A stretch of DNA of 61,026 nucleotides, filler included. It is 7 parts of 7 records of this genome, joined end to end, with 100 filler letters (N's around TTAATTAATTAA, not from the genome) between each part and the next. Parts side by side here need not be neighbours in the genome. Positions count along the whole stretch, not along the records: positions 25,340 to 30,734 come from SRR31156797_31166; positions 30,835 to 39,728 come from SRR31156797_31170; 5 more parts are not named here. One strand, given 5' to 3'. The translations under genes and the position numbers were made by a program. The notes beneath the pieces were generated by a model. It searched no databases, was not told the DNA's origin, and saw only the letters and a program-made list of their open reading frames with translations. Of this stretch, positions 29,078-38,561 are shown in pieces (within the stretch, counting starts at the first letter, position 1; every line of letters begins with the position of its first letter).

Positions 29078-29488
29078 ATGATAAAAGAACTCAACTTTCC
29101 ATTGATCGGTCTCGGAGCACTGGTTTTTCTCTTTACCACGGAAACTGTACTGGCAGGCCAGCGCACCCGAAGCGTTACACGCCAATGCACTTCCGGGTAT
29201 ACGCGGTCAGGGACAATCGCAGCCAGTCCGGGGCAGATGAATCGGACCGTTATCAAAACCGGGCCTGCCGGAAACAGCCGGGCGGTTCAGGCCCAGGTCA
29301 CCAAAACCGACACAGGTTATGCCCGCAGCGTCAGCAGGGCCAGCTCCGTGGGCTACACTTCCGTTCGTTCAAGTCAGGGGGTATGGGATTCTGCAACAAA
29401 CACCTGGGTCAGACAGGTTAACGGCATCGCCACCGGCGTTGCCGGCGGCCAGGTAAGCCGTTCCGTGACCGTCACGGCAGGCCCATAG
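29078..29488 (+). CDS. Hypothetical secreted Thr/Ser/Gly/Arg-rich beta-strand protein
   Basis: AAGGAG RBS, signal peptide ending VLA, repeated 'R(S/T)V(T/S)' strands. Confidence 0.7.
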   Translation: MIKELNFPLIGLGALVFLFTTETVLAGQRTRSVTRQCTSGYTRSGTIAASPGQMNRTVIKTGPAGNSRAVQAQVTKTDTGYARSVSRASSVGYTSVRSSQGVWDSATNTWVRQVNGIATGVAGGQVSRSVTVTAGP

Positions 29489-29532
29489 ACCATTGGGAGA
29501 TATTTCTCTTTCACCAAAATTTGGAATAGCAA

Positions 29533-30180
29533 ATGATACGATTTAATGAAACGACTGGAAAGGCCCTTAAAGCCGGAAGGATGCTGGCGCTGATAATCAT
29601 CGCATTCATCGGATGCGCCTATTTAACAAAGGAGGCAAACGCGGGGCGGGTGGTGGTAAGGACCAGCGGGATTTTGCCAGCCCGGGTCATCATCCGGCCC
29701 GGCCGGATCGTCACCGTGCTTCCCGCAGGCTGCACCGTGGTCCGTATCAACGGGGGCAGGTTCTTTTACCATGCCGGTGTGTTCTATTCCAGGCGAGGCA
29801 GTACCTATGCCGTTGTTACCCCGCCTGCCGGAGCACTGATCCAGGTGCTTCCCGTCGGGTATACGACACAGATTTACGGCGGGATTACCTATTTCAGCTA
29901 CAACGGCGTTTTTTACCGTAAAGTTTCCGGAGGATTCAGGGTGGTTTCCCTCCCGATTCAGATGCCCGCCGTACAGACTGTTTCTGTTAATATCAATGCC
30001 CTGATCGTCAGAACCGGCCCCGGCTTGAATTATCCCCGGCAGGGCACGGTTTACCGAAATACGATCCTGGAAGTCTCAGATTCCATTCCAGGATGGATCT
30101 ACGTACGGCTGCCCTCGGGGACACAAGGATGGATAGCAGAGCAATACGTCATCTATAACCCGTCCCCACCCTTGGGTTAG
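29533..30180 (+). CDS. Secreted DUF6515-like protein with C-terminal SH3b domain
   Basis: Two 'VLP.G......GG..(F/Y)...GVFY' repeats; SH3b-like 'VRTGPGLNY...GWIYVRLPSGTQGWI'. Confidence 0.75.
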   Translation: MIRFNETTGKALKAGRMLALIIIAFIGCAYLTKEANAGRVVVRTSGILPARVIIRPGRIVTVLPAGCTVVRINGGRFFYHAGVFYSRRGSTYAVVTPPAGALIQVLPVGYTTQIYGGITYFSYNGVFYRKVSGGFRVVSLPIQMPAVQTVSVNINALIVRTGPGLNYPRQGTVYRNTILEVSDSIPGWIYVRLPSGTQGWIAEQYVIYNPSPPLG

Positions 30181-30734
30181 CCCCTCACACTGTATAATCC
30201 TCCGGTTGGATCTCCGGGGGGCTCCCTCCATTATGAGTGTTCACGTTCGGTTTTCACTCATCCTGCCATTCTCACCTGATGGCCCAGTATTCTGGGCCAT
30301 TCCACCAACAAATGATAAATGGTGACCGGATTTGTTGCTTTTTAAAGTAAGGTAGCAGACCTTGGGTTGCCAAATGAAAACATTTTTGTAATTGGCAAAA
30401 CTATCATAATATGAAAAGTGTGGATTAACCTGGTTTTCAACATTTTGGGACAGGAACGCACTCCAAAAGTTGAGAACTTTTGGAGGCATTCTTATGATGG
30501 CCGACGATTTGAAAAAAACATGAATAATAAAAACATTGTGCGGTCATTCGGAAGTTGCGCACAGTTAATCGAGCCATAAGATGGCTATACGAAAATTGTC
30601 AAAGATATCATTTGAATTGCTGATAATCTCATAAGGGGATTTGAGGAATCTGACGACGAGACCTATGTCTATGATTGTGGCCAAAAGCCTTTATTGAAAG
30701 GGGTGTTGACTACTTTTGTTATTGATGATGTTAT

Positions 30735-30834
30735 NNNNNNNNNNNNNNNNNNNNNNNNNNNNNNNNNNNNNNNNNNNNTTAATTAATTAANNNNNNNNNN
30801 NNNNNNNNNNNNNNNNNNNNNNNNNNNNNNNNNN
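30735..30834. other. Artificial contig spacer
   Basis: N44-TTAATTAATTAA-N44. Confidence 0.98.
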
Positions 30835-32292
30835 ACCACCAACCGCCTGGATATTCTGGATCCGGCCCTGATCCGGTCAAAACGCTTAAAGACCCTTGAA
30901 ATATCCGGCCATATGCGCCAAAAGGATATTTATGATATCATCAAAAAACGGTTTGAAGAAAGCCCGCACCCGCATCAGTTCCCAACTGAAAAAGTCATTG
31001 AAACCGCCCAGGGAATATGCAATACGCCGGCGGATTACACCTCGTTTACCGAAAAGGCCATTGCCCTGTGCAGCACGGAATTCAAGGTTTTAAAAAAGCT
31101 GAGACAGCTGTCAAATTCCACCCAGGTTGAAAAGGTCGATTTCATAAAACTCAACTTCAAGACCATTATCGGGATCCTGGACGCGCTCAAGGCGCCCCCC
31201 TTGATCAAATCCAAGATCAAGCACGACATTAAAAATTTTGTAAAGCACTATGACCTGATACTCTCCAATGTGGATGAAATTACCACAGAAGCGCATTATT
31301 CCCTGGTGGAAACCCATCTGCACTCCGCCCGAAGGGAGATTTCACAAAGCCCCATCCAAAAAGGCGTTGTTCAGCTCAATGAGTTCCTGGAAACCGAATT
31401 GAGCCAGGAACCCCAGGTCGGGTTTATTATCGGGGTCGGCGCCAATGAGGTCAGCGGAATCCTGTTGCCCATTGCAACCAGCCTGACCGGAAGGGTGGAT
31501 GCATCTCCCATCATTGTCACCGGTGCTGTCTCTTCAACCACAGAAAGCTCGGCCCAAATGGACATGGCCGTCCAGATGACCAAACAGTCCGCCCAGGAAG
31601 CATTGACCATGGTGAAAAACTATGTTCAGCAGCTTGATCCCAATTACAGTATCCCCTCGCTGTTCGGCGACTTTTTAAAACGGTATTCACTTCATCATCA
31701 ACTGCTTTCGGCCTCATACAATGTGGGCGGCCCGTCAGCCGGGTATGCCCTGGCATTGAACACCCTGTCCGCCCTGTTAAGGCTGCCCTTGTGCATTGAT
31801 TTCGGTATCACGGGTGCACCCTGGACAAAGGGGGTGAGAAAAGATGAAGTCGGCGGTTCTGTCATTATCGGCGGGCATCGCAAAAAAACGGAAAAAGTGC
31901 TGCTCTACCTTCGAAGGATGTACATGCCCCTGCAGAACTACAGGGACCTTGAACCTGAATTTTTAATGGGATACTGGGAAAGAGACAAGGATATTATTGC
32001 GGTGACCCATTTCGCGGACCTGATGCCCGAGGTCATCTTCTTGGATGATGAACACAATCAGCAGCGTGAAAAATTAATTGAAATGCGAATCAGGCTCAAA
32101 AAAGAAAAATATCTGGCGAAATTAAGAACCACTTACCTTAAGGAAGAAATTATCAGGACCAAAAAACAGATGCGGCAGCGGGCGGAATCAGAGATTCTCA
32201 AACGCGTGGATGCCATCAGGCTGTACCTGACAGATCCTGACAAGGAAATGTATATCTCCCATGAGCAGATCTTTAAAAACTACATGCGCTAA
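30835..32292 (+). CDS. AAA+ ATPase fused to Lon-type (S16) protease domain, 5' truncated
   Basis: Open from the contig edge: 'TTNRLDILDPALIRSKRL' (AAA second region of homology); later 'VGGPSAG...GITG...IIGGHRKK' (Lon Ser-Lys dyad motifs). Confidence 0.8.
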   Translation, partial: TTNRLDILDPALIRSKRLKTLEISGHMRQKDIYDIIKKRFEESPHPHQFPTEKVIETAQGICNTPADYTSFTEKAIALCSTEFKVLKKLRQLSNSTQVEKVDFIKLNFKTIIGILDALKAPPLIKSKIKHDIKNFVKHYDLILSNVDEITTEAHYSLVETHLHSARREISQSPIQKGVVQLNEFLETELSQEPQVGFIIGVGANEVSGILLPIATSLTGRVDASPIIVTGAVSSTTESSAQMDMAVQMTKQSAQEALTMVKNYVQQLDPNYSIPSLFGDFLKRYSLHHQLLSASYNVGGPSAGYALALNTLSALLRLPLCIDFGITGAPWTKGVRKDEVGGSVIIGGHRKKTEKVLLYLRRMYMPLQNYRDLEPEFLMGYWERDKDIIAVTHFADLMPEVIFLDDEHNQQREKLIEMRIRLKKEKYLAKLRTTYLKEEIIRTKKQMRQRAESEILKRVDAIRLYLTDPDKEMYISHEQIFKNYMR

Positions 32293-32388
32293 GGGCCTTC
32301 CTTTCAGGAGACAAATTGTCGGTCAAGAAATATCTTTTCTTTTAAATTTCAGGCATTCGGAAAATCTATTTTATCATGCTCTAAAAGC

Positions 32389-32417
32389 TTGAATCTTGGA
32401 AACCTATTGTCTATGGT
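32389..32417 (+). promoter_or_regulatory. Putative sigma70 promoter
   Basis: TTGAAT-N17-TATGGT upstream of the dehydratase-family operon. Confidence 0.45.
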
Positions 32418-32445
32418 ACCGGTAAATATTCACTAAGGAGTCCAT

Positions 32446-33576
32446 ATGCACAGCGCCTTAAAAAAAATGGCCGAGGTTGTTCAAGATGCACCGTCGGTTC
32501 TAAAAAACATCAAGGCCCGAAACAAAAAGAAAATGATCGGATATTTTTTCCCGGTGTTTCCTCGGGAAATCCTGTATGCGGCCGGACTCCACCCGGTTCA
32601 ATTGTATCCCGGCCTGCGGGAACCCATCACCCTGGCGGATGACCATTTACAATCATACCTGTGTGCTTATTTGAGGGCACAATGGGACCAGATATTGAAA
32701 GGAAAGCATGATTACCTGGATGGCGCCATCATCCCCCGAAGCTGTGAGGCGGTCACCTTCCTTTATCAAACGTGGAAACGGCACAATCCCTTTGATTTCA
32801 TCGATTACCTCAATATCCCCTGGAAAAACAGTGCCAACACCCACTGGTTTTTCACAAAGGAACTGCAACGGATCAAGGAAAACCTGGAATCTTTTATAAA
32901 TAAAGAAATCACACCAAAAGACCTGTCTGATGCCATTGTGCTCCATAACCGAAGCAGATCGCTTTTAAAAAAGGTCTGCGGGCTGAGGAAAGCTCCGAAC
33001 CCGATTTATTCTGGCCAGGACTTCTTTAACATGATCATGAGCGGATTTGTGCTGGACAAAAAAGAACATACCCGAATGTTGACCGAGATCTTGCGCCATG
33101 CTGAAGAAACCGACGTTCCCCTCTCACCGCCACCGGTAAGGCTTCTTTTGTCGGGGGGGTGCGTCCTTGACACCCGGATTTTGGATATCATCAGCAGCGC
33201 GGGGGCCATGGTGGTCATAGATGATTTCAATAACGGCATGAGGTCCTTCCAACCCGTTGTGGCGGAAGGAGAAGACCCCATGGAATCCCTCGCCGGGGCC
33301 TACGCCGCCGTCCCCTGCGGGTTTAACACCCCAATCGAGGATCGCTTTTCATTTATGTGTGATGCCATCACACAATATGCGGTGGATGGCGTTCTCTTTG
33401 CCATCAACCGAAACTGTGAAACTGAAAAATTCGATTATCCCATGCTGGACCTGAAAATCAGGGAGCGCTTCAATATACCCACAATGCTCATTGAGACCGA
33501 TTATCTTTGCGCCATGGGGTCCATGCAGACACGGGTGGAAGCATTTGTTGAAATGATCGGGGGTAAGGGAATCTGA
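32446..33576 (+). CDS. 2-hydroxyacyl-CoA dehydratase / benzoyl-CoA reductase BcrC-like Fe-S subunit
   Basis: 'PREILYAAGLHP', 'QSYLCAY', 'PRSCEA', 'VDGV...NCE...FDYP', 'QTRVEAFVEMI'. Confidence 0.87.
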   Translation: MHSALKKMAEVVQDAPSVLKNIKARNKKKMIGYFFPVFPREILYAAGLHPVQLYPGLREPITLADDHLQSYLCAYLRAQWDQILKGKHDYLDGAIIPRSCEAVTFLYQTWKRHNPFDFIDYLNIPWKNSANTHWFFTKELQRIKENLESFINKEITPKDLSDAIVLHNRSRSLLKKVCGLRKAPNPIYSGQDFFNMIMSGFVLDKKEHTRMLTEILRHAEETDVPLSPPPVRLLLSGGCVLDTRILDIISSAGAMVVIDDFNNGMRSFQPVVAEGEDPMESLAGAYAAVPCGFNTPIEDRFSFMCDAITQYAVDGVLFAINRNCETEKFDYPMLDLKIRERFNIPTMLIETDYLCAMGSMQTRVEAFVEMIGGKGI

Positions 33577-34793
33577 TGGAGACCAAAAAACGGGAACGCC
33601 CGGCCTTTAACAGGGATATCGCCGCCGCCATGAAGAAACATTACAGCCAAACGCGAAGTCGAAACCCTCTGGCCCATACGCTCATGAGCTCCAACCCCCT
33701 TATCGAAGTGGCCTACGCCGCCGGCATTCAACCTTCCTTTCCGGAAAATTATGCCTGTGTTTGCGCCGCCAGACACGCGTCCCCCACATACTGCGCAAAA
33801 GCCGAGGCCCATCACTATACCCAGGACCTCTGCTCCTACTGCCGAAACAACCTGGGGTACACCTACCTGGATGATGAAGAACCGGTCAATGGGGGGATCG
33901 GTGATCCGGATTTGTTCCTGATGACAAGCAGCGCCTGTTCCCACTATTTCAAATGGTGGGATACCCTGCGGGAAATTCACCAGAAACCGTTGGTGTTTGT
34001 AAACACCCCGCGGGTCATGGATCCTTCCAACAGGCCGGATTTTTATGTGGATTTCGCCCAAAAAGAGATCAGGGCGGCCATCGGGGAAGTTGAAACCATT
34101 CTGAACATCTCAATTTCTCAAGATAGGCTGGCCCATGCCGTATACCATAGCGACAAGACGGTCGCATACTGGCAGAAGCTACTGGAACTTCAAAAATGCA
34201 TCCCCGCCCCCCTGGGATTATCGGATTTAAGCAATGCCCTCTTTGTTCTGATTGTTTTGGCCGGCACACGGGAGGGGGCCGATCTCATGGAAAAAATTTA
34301 CCATGAAACATCCCGAAGAGCCGCCGAGGGTAAGGGAATTCTTGACCGAAAGGAAGAGAAGCACCGCCTTCTGTGGCTCAATATTCCCTTCTGGTATAAC
34401 CTCAAAATCCTGGGATATTTTGAAAACCGCGGATGCACTTTTCCCATGAGCGATTACTGCCAATACATCTGGGGCGTCACCCGAATGGACAGCAAAAACC
34501 CCATTGAAGGGCTTGCACGGAAGTCCCTTGAGGGCGAACTCAACACCAGCCTGGATGATCATATCGACCTATTGATCCGGGATATTCAGGCGTATCACAT
34601 GGACGGCGTCATTGCCCACTCCAACAGAAGCTGCCGGGTGTTGTCCGTGGGCATATTGGATGCGGCCAACATCATCAGGGAAGAACTCAACATCCCGGTG
34701 CTGATCCTGGATGGTGACCATGCCGATGAACGGGTCTACTCCGAAGCCGAGACCATGATGCGGATTGATACGTTTCTGGAAATGCTCGGATGA
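33576..34793 (+). CDS. 2-hydroxyacyl-CoA dehydratase / benzoyl-CoA reductase BcrB-like Fe-S subunit
   Basis: 'FPENY', 'DLCSYCR', 'SACSHYFKWW', 'DGVIAHSNRSCR', 'DGDHADER...RIDTFLEML'. Confidence 0.87.
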   Translation: METKKRERPAFNRDIAAAMKKHYSQTRSRNPLAHTLMSSNPLIEVAYAAGIQPSFPENYACVCAARHASPTYCAKAEAHHYTQDLCSYCRNNLGYTYLDDEEPVNGGIGDPDLFLMTSSACSHYFKWWDTLREIHQKPLVFVNTPRVMDPSNRPDFYVDFAQKEIRAAIGEVETILNISISQDRLAHAVYHSDKTVAYWQKLLELQKCIPAPLGLSDLSNALFVLIVLAGTREGADLMEKIYHETSRRAAEGKGILDRKEEKHRLLWLNIPFWYNLKILGYFENRGCTFPMSDYCQYIWGVTRMDSKNPIEGLARKSLEGELNTSLDDHIDLLIRDIQAYHMDGVIAHSNRSCRVLSVGILDAANIIREELNIPVLILDGDHADERVYSEAETMMRIDTFLEMLG

Positions 34794-36247
34794 ATGATGC
34801 AAGACATTTTTTTCAACTGTTATGGAAAGAGGACCATCAACTTATGCCCATAAACTGGCCCCCTGAATATGACGCGGAATATGTTCCATCACCCGATTCC
34901 CCATACTGGGACCGGGAACTGGAGACCATGGATCCCTTTGAGCGGGAAGAAAGAATCATTTTGCCAAAATTGCAGGCCCAGTTGCGATATGCTTACCAAC
35001 ATTCACCTTTTTATCGCAATAAATGGGATTCGGCCGGTGTTGCACCTCAAGATGTTCAATCCCTGGCGGATTTTGAGAAGATCCCCTTTGTAACCAAGGA
35101 CGAAATCCGTGAAGACCAACTGAAACACCCCCCTTTCGGCAGTAATTTGTGTATCTCTCCGGATGAAATCGCATCAATCCACGGAACTTCGGGCACAACG
35201 GGGAAGCCCACGGCCTTCGGCATCAGCAAAGGGGATATGCAAAGGATTGGAGAAGCCCACGCAAGAATCATGTGGGCTTTTGGCATACGGCCGGATGACA
35301 CGGTATTTATCGGATCATTTTTCAGTCTATATATGGGGAGCTGGGGAGCGCTTGCCGGTATTCGAAGGCTCGGGGCCGCGGCCTTTCCCTTTGGGGCGGG
35401 CGTTCCGGGGCAGACGGAAAGGGCCATTGAATGGATCCGGGAGATCAGGCCCACCGTCTTTTACGGCACCCCTTCATACAGCCTCTATCTGGCCGAAAAA
35501 GCCCGTGGCTTAGGTGTCGATCCGGAAAAGGATTTTAATTTCCGGATCCTCTTTTTCTCCGGAGAGCCCGGTGCCGGGGTCCCCGCCACCAAAAAGCGCA
35601 TTGAAGAAACATACGGCGGCATCTGTATCGATACCGGCTCCACCGCGGAAATGACCCCATGGATGGCCAACGGCGAATGTGAACACCGTAAAGGCATGCA
35701 TTTATGGCAGGATATTGTCTATGGTGAACTGGTGGATACCGACACCCAAAAGCGTGTTCCCTATGGTGAAGAGGGTGTCACCGTATACACCCATCTGGAG
35801 CGGACGAGCCAGCCCATGATACGGTTCTGGGCGGGCGATATCTCCATGTGGACACTGGAACCCTGCCCCTGCGGCCGAACCTATCCCCGTCTGCCGAAAG
35901 GTGTTTACGGACGGGCCGACGACATGTTTGTGGTGCGGGGGGAAAACGTATACCCCAGCGCCATCGAAAACGCCATCCGGAGCATCGACGGTTTCGGCGA
36001 TGAATTCCGGATTGTGATCACCCGGGAAAAAACCATGGACGAACTGATCGTCCAGGCGGAACCGGTTCCCGGCACGGATAATGAGTCAACCTTGAAGCTG
36101 GCGGGGATACTCGAAGCGGTTCTAAAAACAAAGGGGTTACGCACCCTGGTCCGGATGCAGCCCCCGGGCACACTGGAGAGAACGGAATTCAAAGCCAATA
36201 GAATCATGGACCAAAGAGATCTTTATGATGAGATGACGAAAGGATAA
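34790..36247 (+). CDS. Phenylacetate-CoA ligase (PaaK)-family acyl/aryl-CoA ligase
   Basis: 'HGTSGTTGKP', 'YGTPSY', 'SGEPG', 'CPCGRT', 'GRADDMFVVRGENVYPS'; alternative start at ATG 34844. Confidence 0.92.
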   Translation: MNDARHFFQLLWKEDHQLMPINWPPEYDAEYVPSPDSPYWDRELETMDPFEREERIILPKLQAQLRYAYQHSPFYRNKWDSAGVAPQDVQSLADFEKIPFVTKDEIREDQLKHPPFGSNLCISPDEIASIHGTSGTTGKPTAFGISKGDMQRIGEAHARIMWAFGIRPDDTVFIGSFFSLYMGSWGALAGIRRLGAAAFPFGAGVPGQTERAIEWIREIRPTVFYGTPSYSLYLAEKARGLGVDPEKDFNFRILFFSGEPGAGVPATKKRIEETYGGICIDTGSTAEMTPWMANGECEHRKGMHLWQDIVYGELVDTDTQKRVPYGEEGVTVYTHLERTSQPMIRFWAGDISMWTLEPCPCGRTYPRLPKGVYGRADDMFVVRGENVYPSAIENAIRSIDGFGDEFRIVITREKTMDELIVQAEPVPGTDNESTLKLAGILEAVLKTKGLRTLVRMQPPGTLERTEFKANRIMDQRDLYDEMTKG

Positions 36248-36254
36248 CAACACA

Positions 36255-36650
36255 ATGGAAACAAGCATTGAGGTATCTTTTGCGGGCGGAAAAAAAATGG
36301 CCGCCAGGGTGGGTAACCAAACAATCACCACCGATGTGCCGCCCGAAATCGGTGGAAACGGCACGGCACCGGCACCCTTCACCCTGTTTTTGACATCCAT
36401 TGCCACCTGCGCCGGCCTCTATGCGCTCAATTTTTGTGAAGCGCGGGAAATTCCCACGGACCACATGGCCTTGAGTATGCGATATGACTTTGATCTGGCG
36501 AAAAAACGATGTGAAAAATTGTACATTGACTTGAAGCTTCCCACCGGATTTCCGCAAAAATATCAAAAAGCGATCTTGAAGGCCATGGACCTTTGCACCG
36601 TCAAACGGCACATGGTGGATCCACCCGAATTCATCATGAACACTCTTTAA
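36255..36650 (+). CDS. OsmC-family protein
   Basis: 'TD.P...GG.G.AP.PF.LFL.S...CAG' and 'CTVKRH'. Confidence 0.88.
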   Translation: METSIEVSFAGGKKMAARVGNQTITTDVPPEIGGNGTAPAPFTLFLTSIATCAGLYALNFCEAREIPTDHMALSMRYDFDLAKKRCEKLYIDLKLPTGFPQKYQKAILKAMDLCTVKRHMVDPPEFIMNTL

Positions 36651-36665
36651 AAAGCCGTGTGATCC

Positions 36666-37736
36666 ATGAATCGTATTCAAAAAGAGTTGCTGGATTGGTA
36701 TGGAAAACACCGCCGTACCCTCCCCTGGCGAAAGACATCGGACCCTTACCGCATCTGGGTGAGCGAGGTAATGCTGCAGCAAACCCGGGTCAAAACGGTT
36801 ATCCCCTATTACAATAACTTCCTCTCCGCTTTTCCGGAACCCCGGGTACTGGCGGAAGCCGATTTACAAATGGTACTGAAACTCTGGGAAGGTCTCGGCT
36901 ATTATGCCCGTGCCCGCAACCTACATCGGGCAGCCCGGAAGATCATGGAATTTCATGGTGGGGCCGTACCACAACGCGCCGCATCCCTGAAAGCCCTTCC
37001 GGGCATCGGGGATTACATCGCCGCGGCGGTTTCAAGCATCGCTTTTGGAAAGCCGCATGCAGCCGTGGACGGGAATGTGAAACGGGTGCTGGCGCGATTT
37101 CACCGAACGGAGTCTCCCGTCAACCATCCTGCCTCCGGAAAAGTGTTCAGGGCCGCTGCCGAAGAATTCCTTGAAAAATCGGACCCCGGGGAGTTTAATC
37201 AGGCCATGATGGAGCTGGGCGCTTTGGTTTGCACCCCCAATAATCCCCGTTGCCATGACTGCCCTTTGGCCCGGGAATGCCATGCCTTCAGAGAAAAGGC
37301 CGTGAATGAATACCCCCGACGCATCAAAAAGGGTCGAATACCTGCATATCACATTGCCGTGGGCGTCATCTGGAAAGGTTCCAGGGTTCTCATTACACAA
37401 CGTAAACCGGAGGGGTTGCTGGGAGGCTTATGGGAATTCCCGGGCGGGAAAATAAGGAACGGCGAAACCCCATCCGAGGCCTGCACCCGGGAAATCAAGG
37501 AGGAAGTCAATCTGGCGGTGGAAACCGAAGAGAGGATTGCCCGGATTCGACACGCCTACACCCATTTCAAGATTGTGATGGATGTATTTCCATGTATCTT
37601 CCGCAATGGAAGAATAACATTACGGGGGCCGGTGGATTTCCGGTGGATTCGGCTGTCTGAAATCGATCGATTCCCTTTTCCGGGAGCCAATCGAAAATTC
37701 ATACCCCTGATCAAATCCCAGCAAAAAGGGGCTTAA
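36666..37736 (+). CDS. mutY: A/G-specific adenine glycosylase MutY with C-terminal NUDIX domain
   Basis: 'WVSEVMLQQT', 'WEGLGYYARARNL', HhH 'LPGIG', 'VDGNVKRV', Fe-S C-x6-C-x2-C-x5-C. Confidence 0.97.
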   Translation: MNRIQKELLDWYGKHRRTLPWRKTSDPYRIWVSEVMLQQTRVKTVIPYYNNFLSAFPEPRVLAEADLQMVLKLWEGLGYYARARNLHRAARKIMEFHGGAVPQRAASLKALPGIGDYIAAAVSSIAFGKPHAAVDGNVKRVLARFHRTESPVNHPASGKVFRAAAEEFLEKSDPGEFNQAMMELGALVCTPNNPRCHDCPLARECHAFREKAVNEYPRRIKKGRIPAYHIAVGVIWKGSRVLITQRKPEGLLGGLWEFPGGKIRNGETPSEACTREIKEEVNLAVETEERIARIRHAYTHFKIVMDVFPCIFRNGRITLRGPVDFRWIRLSEIDRFPFPGANRKFIPLIKSQQKGA

Positions 37737-37743
37737 CACTGCC

Positions 37744-38229
37744 ATGTTGTCATGCCGCCATAAAATAGAAATCCCGGCCCAATTGGATAACCTCCCCGGA
37801 GCACGACAATTTGTTCGCAGGTTCTGCAAGGGCGACACCTGCTGGGAGCTTACCCGGGAGGACCTCTGGCGGTTGGAACTTGCGGTTCATGAAGTGGGGT
37901 CCAATATTATTCGACATGCCTACCAACATCGGACGGATCAGAGGATCCTTATTGAAATTGAGGTATTTGAAGAACGTCTCATGGTGCATCTCAACCATTG
38001 GGGAAAGCCGTTTGCTCAAAAGGGACCCGTATTCCCGCCCGTTCTTGACGGCACATCAAACAGCGGCTTTGGTCTCTACCTGATCGAACGATGTGTGGAC
38101 AAAGTGCTCTATGAATGCACCCCAACCGGAAAAAACATCATCTCCCTGTTAAAATACAGAACCCGGACAACACCCAAGGCCCCCCGGGCGGCCTTTCAAA
38201 CAAAAAGGAATAGCCCAAATGAATTTTGA
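37744..38229 (+). CDS. Anti-sigma factor / Ser-Thr kinase (RsbW-like HATPase_c_2)
   Basis: 'LELAVHEVGSNIIRHAY', 'GFGLYLI...VDKV.Y'. Confidence 0.88.
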   Translation: MLSCRHKIEIPAQLDNLPGARQFVRRFCKGDTCWELTREDLWRLELAVHEVGSNIIRHAYQHRTDQRILIEIEVFEERLMVHLNHWGKPFAQKGPVFPPVLDGTSNSGFGLYLIERCVDKVLYECTPTGKNIISLLKYRTRTTPKAPRAAFQTKRNSPNEF

Positions 38230-38554
38230 AATGGAAAAAATAGGCACCGTGGTCATCGTGCTCATGCCGGGCGAAACCTTTGAAGCCGCCGCGGTGGAAG
38301 ACTTTAACCACAAAATTACCCCCGTCATTGAGGAAAACACCCATGTACTAATCGATTTGTCCAATATCCGTTTTCTGGACAGCATGGGCTGCGGCGCACT
38401 TCTTACCTGCCATAAAAAATTAAAGGAAAAAGGGGGCAAAATGGGCCTCTGCTGCGCTCAGAGGCAAGTCAACGCCATCTTCGATTTAATGGGATTCCCA
38501 CAACTGTTCGACGTGTTCCAAACCCGTGAAGAAGCCTTGAAGGTTTACAAATAA
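38219..38554 (+). CDS. STAS-domain anti-sigma factor antagonist (RsbV-like)
   Basis: 'IDLSNIRFLDSMGCGAL' with the phospho-Ser motif. Confidence 0.9.
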   Translation: MNFEMEKIGTVVIVLMPGETFEAAAVEDFNHKITPVIEENTHVLIDLSNIRFLDSMGCGALLTCHKKLKEKGGKMGLCCAQRQVNAIFDLMGFPQLFDVFQTREEALKVYK

Positions 38555-38561
38555 ATTTTCG

